Shown one piece after another: positions 6,742 through 15,643 of a stretch of 20,921 bases of DNA; the first letter of the stretch is position 1, and each line of letters starts with the position of its first letter. This DNA comes from an uncultured bacterium (GTDB taxonomy: Bacteria; Schekmanbacteria; GWA2-38-11; J061), in NCBI GenBank assembly GCA_964549305.1, contig CAZJVM010000045.1, forward strand, positions 1-20,921, read 5' to 3'. The position numbers and the translations under genes were made by a program. Under the pieces are notes generated by a model. The model was not told the origin of the DNA, did not search any database, and was given only the letters and a program-made list of their open reading frames with translations.

Positions 6742-7731
6742 ATGTCTGAATTAAGGAAAGAGCCCGTTAGCAGAAGATGGATATTGGTAGCGCCTGAAAG
6801 AAAAAAAGTAAAGGGAAGTGACGGGGCATCCGGTTCTGCGGATAGATGCCCTTTTTGCATTGGCAACGAAGATATGACTCCCGGTGAAATCGAAAGATGG
6901 AAAAGCGAAGGCAACGTGGACAGTGAATGGGATATGAGAGTAATTCCGGACAAATTCGCACTGCTTGGAAGAGAAAAGGGAATGGGAAGAAAGGGGTTGG
7001 GTATTTATGATGTAATGAACTCCGTGGGATATCATGAGCTTTTGGTGGAAACCGCATCGCATACGGATACGTGGTGGGATTATGATCTCCCTCATATGGA
7101 AAAAGTTCTTGAATTATGCAGAGACAGGTTCAGAAAATTTAAGGGAGAAAAGGAAATAAAGCATGCCACATTTGTTAAAAGCCACGGAATATCGGCGGGA
7201 CACTCACCGCATTCCCACTCACATCTCCTGGGACTCCCCTTTGTGGTAAAGCGTGTGGAAGAAGAGGTAAAAAGCGCCGACGATTATTTCAGTATGAAGG
7301 ACAGATGCATATATTGCGACATTCTTTCCGAAGAAATCAATGTTGGGGCGAGAGTAATTTATGAAAATGCAAAATTTATCGCTTTCACTCCCTTTGCGTC
7401 GAGATTTCAATTCGAGACTTGGGTCGTGCCTAAATCACACGAATCAGATTACTCAGCTATCGACAAAAACTCTCTTTCATTTTTGGCAGACGCTTTAATG
7501 GTTGTCTTTAAAAAGATACATTGTCATCTCGACAATCCTCCTTTCAGCATCGCTCTTCACACATCACCCTTTAAAATATCAGACAGTGCATCCTACCACT
7601 GGCACTGGGAATTGAAACCGACTTCCCTTGATATGGCCGGTTTTGAATGGGCTACGGGACTCTATATGAATAAATATCTTCCCGAGGAAGCGGCTGAACT
7701 TCTCAGAAAAGCCGATCCTGCAAGCATTTAA
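6742..7731 (+). CDS. GalT-like (galactose-1-phosphate uridylyltransferase / HIT superfamily) protein with divergent active site
   Basis: MSELRKEP..RW, CPFC.GNE..TP.EI, G.HE..VET..H, RCIYCD, PFASRF.FETW, YHWHWE, AGFEWATG. The catalytic motif reads HSHSH instead of HxHxQ. Confidence 0.85.
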   Translation: MSELRKEPVSRRWILVAPERKKVKGSDGASGSADRCPFCIGNEDMTPGEIERWKSEGNVDSEWDMRVIPDKFALLGREKGMGRKGLGIYDVMNSVGYHELLVETASHTDTWWDYDLPHMEKVLELCRDRFRKFKGEKEIKHATFVKSHGISAGHSPHSHSHLLGLPFVVKRVEEEVKSADDYFSMKDRCIYCDILSEEINVGARVIYENAKFIAFTPFASRFQFETWVVPKSHESDYSAIDKNSLSFLADALMVVFKKIHCHLDNPPFSIALHTSPFKISDSASYHWHWELKPTSLDMAGFEWATGLYMNKYLPEEAAELLRKADPASI

Positions 7732-7853
7732 TACGAGGTTGCCTTTAGGTAGTTTTAATTTTAAAGGGTGTTAATTTCTTCGGCTGTTGAAGTTGATATA
7801 TTGTCATATTGAACTAATATATTTATATGCGGCAGGAGGGGAACGGGAAAAAT

Positions 7854-8279
7854 ATGAGCGAAAAATTTTACCAAATTATCGATCACACAGCTGACACGGG
7901 GTTTGAAGTTAGGGCGGAGAACAAAAAGGAATTGTTTACCCGCTCGGCTTACGCCCTCACCGATTTTATGGTTGATTTAAAAAGTATAGATGAAAAAGAA
8001 GAAATAAATGTTTCTTTATGCGACAGCATCGATATGGAGTCTCTTTTTTTAGCCTGGCTTGGTGAAATCCTTTACCTTTTTGATACAAGGGGGTTTCTTA
8101 TTTCCAAAGTTAATAAAATAAGTTTTCGCGGCAATGAAGCAAATGCCCTGTTTGCAGGCGAGAAATATGATGCGTCAAGACATAGTGTAAAAACGATATT
8201 TAAATCCGCCACATATCACAATTTGAAAGTTGCGAAAGAAGGCAATGAATGGATTGCCCGCGTTATACTGGACGTTTAA
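7854..8279 (+). CDS. Archease (RtcB cofactor)
   Basis: N-terminal DHTAD, C-terminal KSATYH and terminal ILDV; directly upstream of rtcB. Alternative ATG at 7827. Confidence 0.93.
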   Translation: MSEKFYQIIDHTADTGFEVRAENKKELFTRSAYALTDFMVDLKSIDEKEEINVSLCDSIDMESLFLAWLGEILYLFDTRGFLISKVNKISFRGNEANALFAGEKYDASRHSVKTIFKSATYHNLKVAKEGNEWIARVILDV

Positions 8280-8330
8280 TATTCATTAACTTTTCCTGAT
8301 TATTATCTTTCTTTAGGGAGATAAGTCTCT

Positions 8331-9776
8331 ATGAAGCAGAATAACCTTGAACGGATTTCGGAAACCAAATGGAGAATTGGGCGTCAGGGAAATATGAATG
8401 TGGACGGGATTGTCTATTCCGGCGCGTCAATGATTGAAGATGTTTTAAAGGATGAAGCGTTAACGCAGGTGTCCAATGTGGCGTCACTTCCCGGCATTCT
8501 GAAGGCATCCTTCGGGATGCCCGATATCCATCGGGGGTACGGTTTCCCGATCGGCGGTGTTGCCGCTTTTGACATCGATTCGGGCGTAGTCTCTCCGGGG
8601 GGCGTGGGATATGACATTAACTGCGGCGTGCGTCTTTTAAGGACAAACCTTTCACGCGATGAAATTCAATCCCGCCTCAAAGAATTGGCGGCAATCCTCT
8701 TTAAAGAAATACCATCGGGAATAGGTTCGAAGAGGCAGGACTTAAAGCTCAAAGGAGGAGACTTAAAGAAAGTCCTGAAAAAAGGGGCAAGATGGGCCGT
8801 TGAAAATTCTTTCGGTTATAATTCCGACGCCCAATGCATTGAAGACGGCGGTATGATGAAAAATGCCGAACCCGAACTTGTGAGCGCGAGAGCCCTTGAA
8901 AGAGGGCATAATCAGCTTGGCACGTTGGGTTCAGGAAACCATTTTATAGAGGTGGGTTATGTTGATGAAATATATGATGAAAAAGCCGCGGAAATATTCG
9001 GAATTTCCCGGGATTCGGTTACCGTTATGATTCATTCCGGCTCAAGGGGGCTCGGTTATCAGGTTTGTGATGATTACATAAAGGTTATGCGGAAGGCGAC
9101 GGGTAAATACGGGATAAAAATAGAGGACAGACAGCTTTGCTCGGCACCTGTAAAATCCGGGGAAGGAAGAAATTATCTATCCGCGATGGCTTGTGCTGCA
9201 AATTATGCGTTTGCAAACAGACAGATTATGTCACATTTTGTAAGAGAGGTGTTTAAGAAATTTTATAGTATTTCTGATTCAATGCTCGGTATGACTCTTG
9301 TCTATGATGTAGCTCACAACATTGCTAAAATTGAAAAACATTCAGTAGATAAAAAAATCAGGGAGGTATGTGTGCACAGAAAGGGTGCCACAAGAGCATT
9401 TCCCGCAAGCCACGGCGATGTGCCGGAAAAATATGCCAACGCGGGACAACCTGTCCTGATTCCCGGAGATATGGGCACCTGCTCTTTTGTGCTTAAGGGA
9501 ACCGTGAAAGCTATGGATGAAACTTTCGGAAGCACCTGCCACGGCGCGGGAAGGGTTTTGAGCAGAAACGAGGCAAAAAGACGGGGACGGGGAAGGCGCA
9601 TAGATGAAGAGCTTGAAAAGAAAGGAATTGTAGTCATTGCCGCAGGTAGAAACACGCTTCTCGAAGAGATGCCCCCGGCATATAAGGATATATCCGAAGT
9701 CGTAGATGTTGTCCATAAGAGCGGTATAAGTTTGAAAGTTGCGAAACTGCGTCCTCTTGCAGTTATTAAAGGCTAA
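8331..9776 (+). CDS. rtcB: RNA-splicing/repair ligase RtcB (long, archaeal/eukaryotic-like type)
   Basis: MPDIHxGYGFPIGGV, GVGYDINCGVR, LGTLGSGNHF, HSGSRG, DVAHN, VHRKGAT, PGDMG, STCHGAGR (guanylylated His) and terminal IKG; 481 aa; GGGAGA RBS. Confidence 0.97.
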   Translation: MKQNNLERISETKWRIGRQGNMNVDGIVYSGASMIEDVLKDEALTQVSNVASLPGILKASFGMPDIHRGYGFPIGGVAAFDIDSGVVSPGGVGYDINCGVRLLRTNLSRDEIQSRLKELAAILFKEIPSGIGSKRQDLKLKGGDLKKVLKKGARWAVENSFGYNSDAQCIEDGGMMKNAEPELVSARALERGHNQLGTLGSGNHFIEVGYVDEIYDEKAAEIFGISRDSVTVMIHSGSRGLGYQVCDDYIKVMRKATGKYGIKIEDRQLCSAPVKSGEGRNYLSAMACAANYAFANRQIMSHFVREVFKKFYSISDSMLGMTLVYDVAHNIAKIEKHSVDKKIREVCVHRKGATRAFPASHGDVPEKYANAGQPVLIPGDMGTCSFVLKGTVKAMDETFGSTCHGAGRVLSRNEAKRRGRGRRIDEELEKKGIVVIAAGRNTLLEEMPPAYKDISEVVDVVHKSGISLKVAKLRPLAVIKG

Positions 9777-9795
9777 CCTTTTGGGAGGTATTTTT

Positions 9796-10305
9796 ATGGC
9801 TAGAAGCGGACAATACCCCGGAAAGTCCTACAGAAAAAACGACCACTTGCCCGGCGACCCGTATATGAACGAAAAGTTAAGTTCCGGCAAGGTAGTATGC
9901 CCTCGCTGTTACTCTTTTTACATTAACAAGCGATGGCATAAAGATGATAAGAAGCTAAATAATCTTTTAAAAGATAAAGAATTTACACATTCGCTTTGCC
10001 CTGCCTGCAAAAAAACAAAAGATAAATTTCCTCAGGGAATCGTCACCCTCAGGGGGCAATTCTTCGCCGAGCATCGCGATGAAATATTGAGACTTGTCGC
10101 CAATGAAGAAAAAAAAGCAGTTGCCTTCAACCCTCTGGACAGAATAATAGAAATAAAGAACAACGGGAGTCAGGCGGTAATAAGCACAACCAGCGAAAAG
10201 CTTGCTCAAAGAATAGGAAAGGCGGTAAAAAGGGCGTGCAACGGAACAATAAGATATTCATGGTCTGTGGAGAACAAAATGGCAAGGGTTTGTTGGGAAA
10301 GATAA
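9796..10305 (+). CDS. BCAM0308-family / NMD3-like Zn-finger protein
   Basis: DPY, CPRC...RW, LCPAC...D.FP.G.VTL.G, NPL.RI, TT.EKLAQRIG.A, RV.WER. Start re-assigned to ATG 9796 with GGGAGG at 9783-9788. Confidence 0.8.
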   Translation: MARSGQYPGKSYRKNDHLPGDPYMNEKLSSGKVVCPRCYSFYINKRWHKDDKKLNNLLKDKEFTHSLCPACKKTKDKFPQGIVTLRGQFFAEHRDEILRLVANEEKKAVAFNPLDRIIEIKNNGSQAVISTTSEKLAQRIGKAVKRACNGTIRYSWSVENKMARVCWER

Positions 10306-10337
10306 AATATACAAATATTAAATAACGGAGAGTGTCT

Positions 10338-11495
10338 ATGTTTCATATTGCGACGGAAAGCGAAATAGAGGAAGGAAAGATAACGGATGTCTATTTTGAA
10401 AGAACCTGCGAGATTATAGAGAAAAAGGGAATAGACAAAAATGTTACCGCTGAAATAGTATGCAGACACTTTCCGGATGAGAGGGAATGGGCGGTGCTTG
10501 CGGGAATGGATGAATGTCTGAGTCTTCTCTCGAAACTAAATGTCAATGCGAGGGCACTTCCCGAAGGAAGTTTTTTCAGGGAGAATGAGCCGGTTATTGA
10601 AATTGAAGGAATGTATTCTCAATTCTGTAAATATGAAACGGCTATTCTTGGGCTTATTTGCCAGGCATCGGGCATTGCCACAAGGGCGTCGTCCTGCAAA
10701 ATGGCGGCGGGTAAAAAAGATGTGTTGAGTTTCGGGGCAAGGAGAATGCACCCCGCAATAGCCATGATGATTGAGAGAAGCGCTTTTATAGGAGGATGCG
10801 ACGGCGTTGCGGTAATCAAATCGGCGGAGGAAATAGGCCTGGATGCTTCCGGAACGATGCCCCATTCATTGGTGATTTTGGCAGGCGATACCGTTGAGGC
10901 GGCAAAGTTATTCGATGAAGTTATAGACCCTGAAGTGAAAAGGGTAATACTCATAGATACGTTCAATGATGAAAAGGTGGAAGCCATAAGAGTGGCGAAA
11001 GCGCTTGGAGAGAAGTGTTTTGCCGTGCGCATCGATACACCCCGAAGCAGGCGGGGCGATATTAAAGAAATAATAAAGGAAGTCAGGTGGGAGCTTGATC
11101 ATATTGATTCGGCAAACATTAAAATATTTGTAAGTGGGGGAATCACTGACAGGATTATTGCGGAATTAAAAGAGATTGCCGACGGATTTGGTGTGGGGAC
11201 TTTCATCAGCAACGCCCCTGTAATAGATTTTTCTATGGATATCGTGGAAGTGAATGGCATTCCGATGGCGAAGAGAGGGAAACTGTCAGGGAAAAAGTCT
11301 GTCCTGTACTGTCCTTCCTGCGGCGCAGTTGATGTTGTGGCTAAAAGAAGAGGGGAGATGAGATGCAGATGCGGGGATATAATGAATGAGAAACTTCTTC
11401 CCGCGATTGAAAAAGGAAAACGGATTACGGAAGAGAAAAGCTCTGACTCTATAAGAAAAACAGTTCTTGAAAACCTCAAAAAATACAGCTTTTAA
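10338..11495 (+). CDS. pncB: Nicotinate phosphoribosyltransferase (short archaeal-like type, C-terminal Cys cluster)
   Basis: TDVYF, YETAILG, SFGARRMHP, GTMPHS (phospho-His), LIDTF, VRIDTP, IFVSGG, GFGVGT, AKRGK. ATG 10338 has GGAG 7 nt upstream; alternative GTG at 10332. Confidence 0.9.
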   Translation: MFHIATESEIEEGKITDVYFERTCEIIEKKGIDKNVTAEIVCRHFPDEREWAVLAGMDECLSLLSKLNVNARALPEGSFFRENEPVIEIEGMYSQFCKYETAILGLICQASGIATRASSCKMAAGKKDVLSFGARRMHPAIAMMIERSAFIGGCDGVAVIKSAEEIGLDASGTMPHSLVILAGDTVEAAKLFDEVIDPEVKRVILIDTFNDEKVEAIRVAKALGEKCFAVRIDTPRSRRGDIKEIIKEVRWELDHIDSANIKIFVSGGITDRIIAELKEIADGFGVGTFISNAPVIDFSMDIVEVNGIPMAKRGKLSGKKSVLYCPSCGAVDVVAKRRGEMRCRCGDIMNEKLLPAIEKGKRITEEKSSDSIRKTVLENLKKYSF

Positions 11496-11527
11496 ACAAT
11501 TATGTTTTAAAAGAGGAGGGATAAGGA

Positions 11528-11758
11528 ATGAAAGAAAAAACTATAGAGGAAAAGTTGAAATTTTTTGAAAAAGCCTTTGATTTGCAGGAAAAGGAATCGG
11601 AAAAGATACGACTCGAACTTGTCGCTGAGATTGATATGCTGAAGATAAGGTTTAGAGCGTTGAAAGAGCTTTTAAAGGAAATAACTGCGGAAGATGAAGG
11701 ACGTTACGAGGAAATAGAGGAAAAAATCTTAAGAGAAGTCAATCCAAATACATTGTAG
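11528..11758 (+). CDS. Small acidic, helical/coiled-coil hypothetical protein (76 aa)
   Basis: Strong RBS GAGGAGG; fits the gap between pncB and hsp20; E/K/L-rich. Confidence 0.8.
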   Translation: MKEKTIEEKLKFFEKAFDLQEKESEKIRLELVAEIDMLKIRFRALKELLKEITAEDEGRYEEIEEKILREVNPNTL

Positions 11759-11833
11759 GTTTTTTATTTTTTATTGTTGAGTAAAAAATACAAAACTGCT
11801 AATCAATGAATAAATTGTTAAATTGGTAAAACG

Positions 11834-12265
11834 ATGGATAAACACGATAAATGGCCCTTTCCTTTCGGCGATAACGAATTGAGCGATATGCTGGATAATT
11901 TTCAGAATTTTATGCACTATTCCCGTTATGCCCAGGAGATTGAATGGAAACCAGCCATCGATATTTTCGAATATGGCAAAGAAACGGTCATACTTGTGGA
12001 AGTCGCGGGTGTAAGTGAAAAGGATATAGACGTAACCTACAAAAACGGCTTATTGAAAATATCCGGCGCGCGCGCAGATGAGGAAGTTAAAGGCGCCACA
12101 AAGATAGGTCATCTTGAAATCGAATACGGAAGGTTCGAGAGAGTGGTCAAACTGAGTGAAAGCGTTGACGTGGATAATATAAGCGTAACATTGAAAAACG
12201 GTATTCTGAAAATCATCGTTCCCCTAAAAGAAGTTAAAAAAAAGATTGATGTAAAAAGCGAATAG
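11834..12265 (+). CDS. Hsp20/alpha-crystallin small heat-shock protein
   Basis: WKPAIDIFE, EVAGV..DI.V, L.ISG.R, EI.YG.FER.V.L, NGIL.I.VP. Confidence 0.93.
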   Translation: MDKHDKWPFPFGDNELSDMLDNFQNFMHYSRYAQEIEWKPAIDIFEYGKETVILVEVAGVSEKDIDVTYKNGLLKISGARADEEVKGATKIGHLEIEYGRFERVVKLSESVDVDNISVTLKNGILKIIVPLKEVKKKIDVKSE

Positions 12266-12305
12266 TTTTTTCTTATGCAGTCAGCATTTATATTCCAGAG
12301 GATAA

Positions 12306-14693
12306 GTGATGGAAAAAATTGACGGCAACAGTATGAATATCAAAACCGACGAGGAATATCTCAAGATAATTCCGGAAACTTTGCCTGTGCTCCCGCTGAA
12401 AGATGTAGTGGTATTTCCCGGGACAGTTGTTCCACTGGTAATTGCGGGAAAAGAATCGATCAAACTAATAGATGATGCTTTAATCGGGGCCAAACTTATT
12501 GCCCTTTTCTTAGATAGAAACAGGGAAGGCAATAACTCCGAACCTCAATTGGCGAAAATGGGCACCGTTTGCCATATCGTGAAAATGCTTCGCCTTCCCG
12601 ATGAAAGCGTGAGAATACTTGTACAGGGTATGGGGAGATGTACAATCAGTAACATTAATCAGGTTTCCCCGTACATAAAGGCCTCTGTGAGCATTGTTAA
12701 AACAAAGCCTTCCGAAAGCAAAGATATAGAGGCGCTCAAAGCGAATCTCGTAAATAAATTTTCGAAACTCATATCTAAAATACCTTATCTGCCCGACGAA
12801 CTTCAGATAATGATAATGAACATAACCGACCCCGCGAGGGTTTCCGACCTTATTGTTTCGAGTCTTAACATTCCCATGGAGGAGAAGCAGTCCGTCCTTG
12901 AAATCAGAGATGTGCGTAAAAGAATTACGACGGTAACGGGAATTGTTGACAAGAATATTGAAGTCGTGGAACTGGGCTCAAAGATTCAGCAGGAGGTGAA
13001 AACGGAAATTGACAAGGGTCAGCGTGAATTCATTCTTCGCCAGCAACTTAAGGCGATTCAAAAGGAGTTGGGGGAAAAGGATGAAAAAACCCTTGAAATC
13101 GAGGAGCTTGAAAAGAAGATTCTCGAATCCGGAATGCCGGAAAGAGCCATGGATGAGGCAAAACGAGAACTTGACAGGCTGAAAAACATCCCCATCGAAT
13201 CGGCTGAGCATACCGTTGTAAGGACTTATCTTGACTGGCTCGTAATGCTCCCCTGGATTGACGGTACTGAAGACAATCTGGAAATCCCGAGAGCAAGAAA
13301 AATACTCGATGAAGACCATTACGGACTTACAAAAGTAAAGAACAGAATTCTTGAATTTTTGGCGGTAAGAAAACTGAAAAATGACTCAAAGGGGCCTATT
13401 CTATGTTTCGTCGGTCCTCCCGGCACCGGAAAGACATCTTTGGGAAAATCCATAGCGCGCGCAATGGGAAGAAAGTTTGTAAGAATGTCTTTGGGCGGTG
13501 TGCGCGATGAGGCGGAGATGAGAGGGCACAGACGCACATATATAGGCGCTATGCCGGGAAGGGTAATTCAGAATATAAAAAACGCCGGCAAAAACAATCC
13601 TGTTTTTATGCTCGATGAGGTTGACAAGCTCGGTTCGGATTTCAGGGGCGATCCTTCGTCGGCGCTTCTCGAGATACTTGACCCTGAACAGAACAATTCC
13701 TTTGTGGATCACTATCTTGACGTTCCTTTTGACCTGTCGCAGGTGATGTTTGTGACAACGGCAAATGTTCTCTATTCCATTCCCGCGCCGCTTCTTGACA
13801 GAATGGAAGTCCTCGAGCTTACCGGATACACGGAAGAGGACAAGGTGAAAATAGCAAAAAAGTATCTTGTTCCAAGGCAGAAAAAGGAAAACGGACTAAA
13901 AACGAAAGATATAAAGTTCACTCAGTCCGCGTTGGTAAACATCATACGTGGATATACGCGGGAAGCAGGACTGAGAAATCTTGAAAGGGAAATAGGTTCC
14001 GTTTGCAGAAAAGCGGCAATGTCAATAACCGAAGGGGCTAAAACTTCCATAAATGTCGGGAGTGAAGACCTTCAGGATTATCTCGGTCCGGTAAAGTTCT
14101 TCTCGGAACTCGCGGACAGGATAGATCAGCCGGGTATTGCCGTGGGACTCGCGTGGACGCCTGTGGGAGGAGAAATACTTTTCATAGAATCTACTTTAAT
14201 GAAGGGCAAGAAGGGACTCACGCTGACCGGTTCGCTTGGCGATGTAATGAAGGAATCAGCCATTGCCGCATTAAGCTGTTTAAGGTCAAACACTAAATCT
14301 CTGGGAATTGACGAGGATATATTCGATAAGAGCGACATTCATATTCACGTGCCCGCGGGAGCGATTCCAAAGGATGGACCCTCTGCCGGAATAACGATTG
14401 CCACATCTCTCTATTCGCTCTTTTCCGGAAAAACCGTCAGGTCTGACCTTGCCATGACGGGAGAGATTACTCTTCGCGGAAAAGTGCTTCCTATCGGAGG
14501 GGTGAAAGATAAAGTCCTTGCCGCGCACAGGGCGGGCATAAAAGTCGTAATACTGCCTGCTAAAAACGAAAAGGATATGGTGGATGTCCCTGCCGATGTC
14601 AAAAAGAAGATGAAGTTCGTTTTTGTTTCAAATATCGATGAGGTATTTGAAACGGCATTCAGGAAGGGCAGGGCGCGAAAGAAGAAAAAATAG
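12306..14693 (+). CDS. lon: ATP-dependent protease La (LonA)
   Basis: N-domain LPVLPL..VVVFP, Walker A GPPGTGKT, RGHRRTYIGAMPG, Walker B MLDEVDK, PKDGPSAG (catalytic Ser), GGVKDK (Lys). GTG 12306 or ATG 12309. Confidence 0.98.
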   Translation: MMEKIDGNSMNIKTDEEYLKIIPETLPVLPLKDVVVFPGTVVPLVIAGKESIKLIDDALIGAKLIALFLDRNREGNNSEPQLAKMGTVCHIVKMLRLPDESVRILVQGMGRCTISNINQVSPYIKASVSIVKTKPSESKDIEALKANLVNKFSKLISKIPYLPDELQIMIMNITDPARVSDLIVSSLNIPMEEKQSVLEIRDVRKRITTVTGIVDKNIEVVELGSKIQQEVKTEIDKGQREFILRQQLKAIQKELGEKDEKTLEIEELEKKILESGMPERAMDEAKRELDRLKNIPIESAEHTVVRTYLDWLVMLPWIDGTEDNLEIPRARKILDEDHYGLTKVKNRILEFLAVRKLKNDSKGPILCFVGPPGTGKTSLGKSIARAMGRKFVRMSLGGVRDEAEMRGHRRTYIGAMPGRVIQNIKNAGKNNPVFMLDEVDKLGSDFRGDPSSALLEILDPEQNNSFVDHYLDVPFDLSQVMFVTTANVLYSIPAPLLDRMEVLELTGYTEEDKVKIAKKYLVPRQKKENGLKTKDIKFTQSALVNIIRGYTREAGLRNLEREIGSVCRKAAMSITEGAKTSINVGSEDLQDYLGPVKFFSELADRIDQPGIAVGLAWTPVGGEILFIESTLMKGKKGLTLTGSLGDVMKESAIAALSCLRSNTKSLGIDEDIFDKSDIHIHVPAGAIPKDGPSAGITIATSLYSLFSGKTVRSDLAMTGEITLRGKVLPIGGVKDKVLAAHRAGIKVVILPAKNEKDMVDVPADVKKKMKFVFVSNIDEVFETAFRKGRARKKKK

Positions 14694-14695
14694 CT

Positions 14696-15643
14696 CTAAT
14701 TCCTCTTTTTTCCCTTTAGAAATATTGCGGTCTTTTCGGCAATAAACTTTGCGGCATCACGGGCGGAATATTCTTTCATTTCAATCCATATAATTTCGTC
14801 ATATTTTCGAAACCAGGTCATCTGCCGTTTTGCGTAATCACGAGTTGATTTTTTTACTTTATTTACGGCATCGTCAAAGGTGATTTCGCCTTTAATGTGT
14901 GAAATCATTTCCCTGTATCCGATTGCCCTGAATGCGTTTATATTTCTGCCTTCATATTTTTTAAAAATATTCTTTGCCTCTTCGTAAAGCCCTGCCCCGA
15001 CCATCAAATCAACGCGTCTGTCTATGCGTTTTATCAGCTCTTTTCTTTCTCTTTTGAGGCAGAAGAAAAGGCACTTATATGGAACTTCCGAAAAGCGGTG
15101 TTTTTTGTGAATTTCGGAAATTGGCCTCCCCGTACCGTAATAAACTTCAAGCGCTCTTTTTATTCTCTGCGGGTCATTGGGGGAAATATTTTTTGCCGAA
15201 ACAGGGTCTTTTCTTTTTAATTCATTAAAAAGCGATTCCAGGCTCATCCCTTTGAATCTTTCCCAAATATCTGTTTCCTGCGGATTATTCTTTGCCAATT
15301 CAGGCGCAAGCCCTTTTGTGAGAGCTTTTATGTATAAACCGGTACCTCCGCAGATTATGGGAATTTTGCCTTCTTTTGATATATCCGTGATGGCTTTTCC
15401 GGCACTATCACGGAATTGTCCCGCTGAATACCTTTCATCGGGGTTTATTATATCTATGAGGTGGTGCCTGACTTTTTTTCTTTCCCGTGGCGAAGGTTTA
15501 GCCGTGCCAATGTCAAGTGTCCTGTAAACCTGCATGGAATCGGCGGAAATTATTTCACCGTTCAGCAATTCTGCAACCTTCATGGCGACATCGCTTTTGC
15601 CGCAGGCGGTTGGTCCCGCGATGATTATTATTTTAGTGTTCAT
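14696..15643 (-). CDS. miaA: tRNA (adenosine-37-N6)-dimethylallyltransferase
   Basis: GPTACGKS, ISADSMQVY, DIGTAKP, HHLID, GGTGLY, RALEV, AIGYRE, YAKRQMTWF. Confidence 0.97.
   Translation of the reverse strand: MNTKIIIIAGPTACGKSDVAMKVAELLNGEIISADSMQVYRTLDIGTAKPSPRERKKVRHHLIDIINPDERYSAGQFRDSAGKAITDISKEGKIPIICGGTGLYIKALTKGLAPELAKNNPQETDIWERFKGMSLESLFNELKRKDPVSAKNISPNDPQRIKRALEVYYGTGRPISEIHKKHRFSEVPYKCLFFCLKRERKELIKRIDRRVDLMVGAGLYEEAKNIFKKYEGRNINAFRAIGYREMISHIKGEITFDDAVNKVKKSTRDYAKRQMTWFRKYDEIIWIEMKEYSARDAAKFIAEKTAIFLKGKKRN

Noticed and set aside
7742-7829. Terminator after the GalT-like gene (CCTTTA..TAAAGG) and sigma-70/sigma-54 promoter before archease
   Set aside because: The stem is weak with a long loop, the -35/-10 matches (TTGATA-N16-TAATAT) are poor, and no convincing sigma-54 motif is present. 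Not supportable.
9739-9795. N-terminal extension of the Zn-finger ORF overlapping rtcB
   Set aside because: A strong GGGAGG RBS points to ATG 9796.
11759-11833. CIRCE or sigma-32 heat-shock element before hsp20-lon
   Set aside because: No TTAGCACTC-N9-GAGTGCTAA and no CTTGAA/CCCCAT pair seen.
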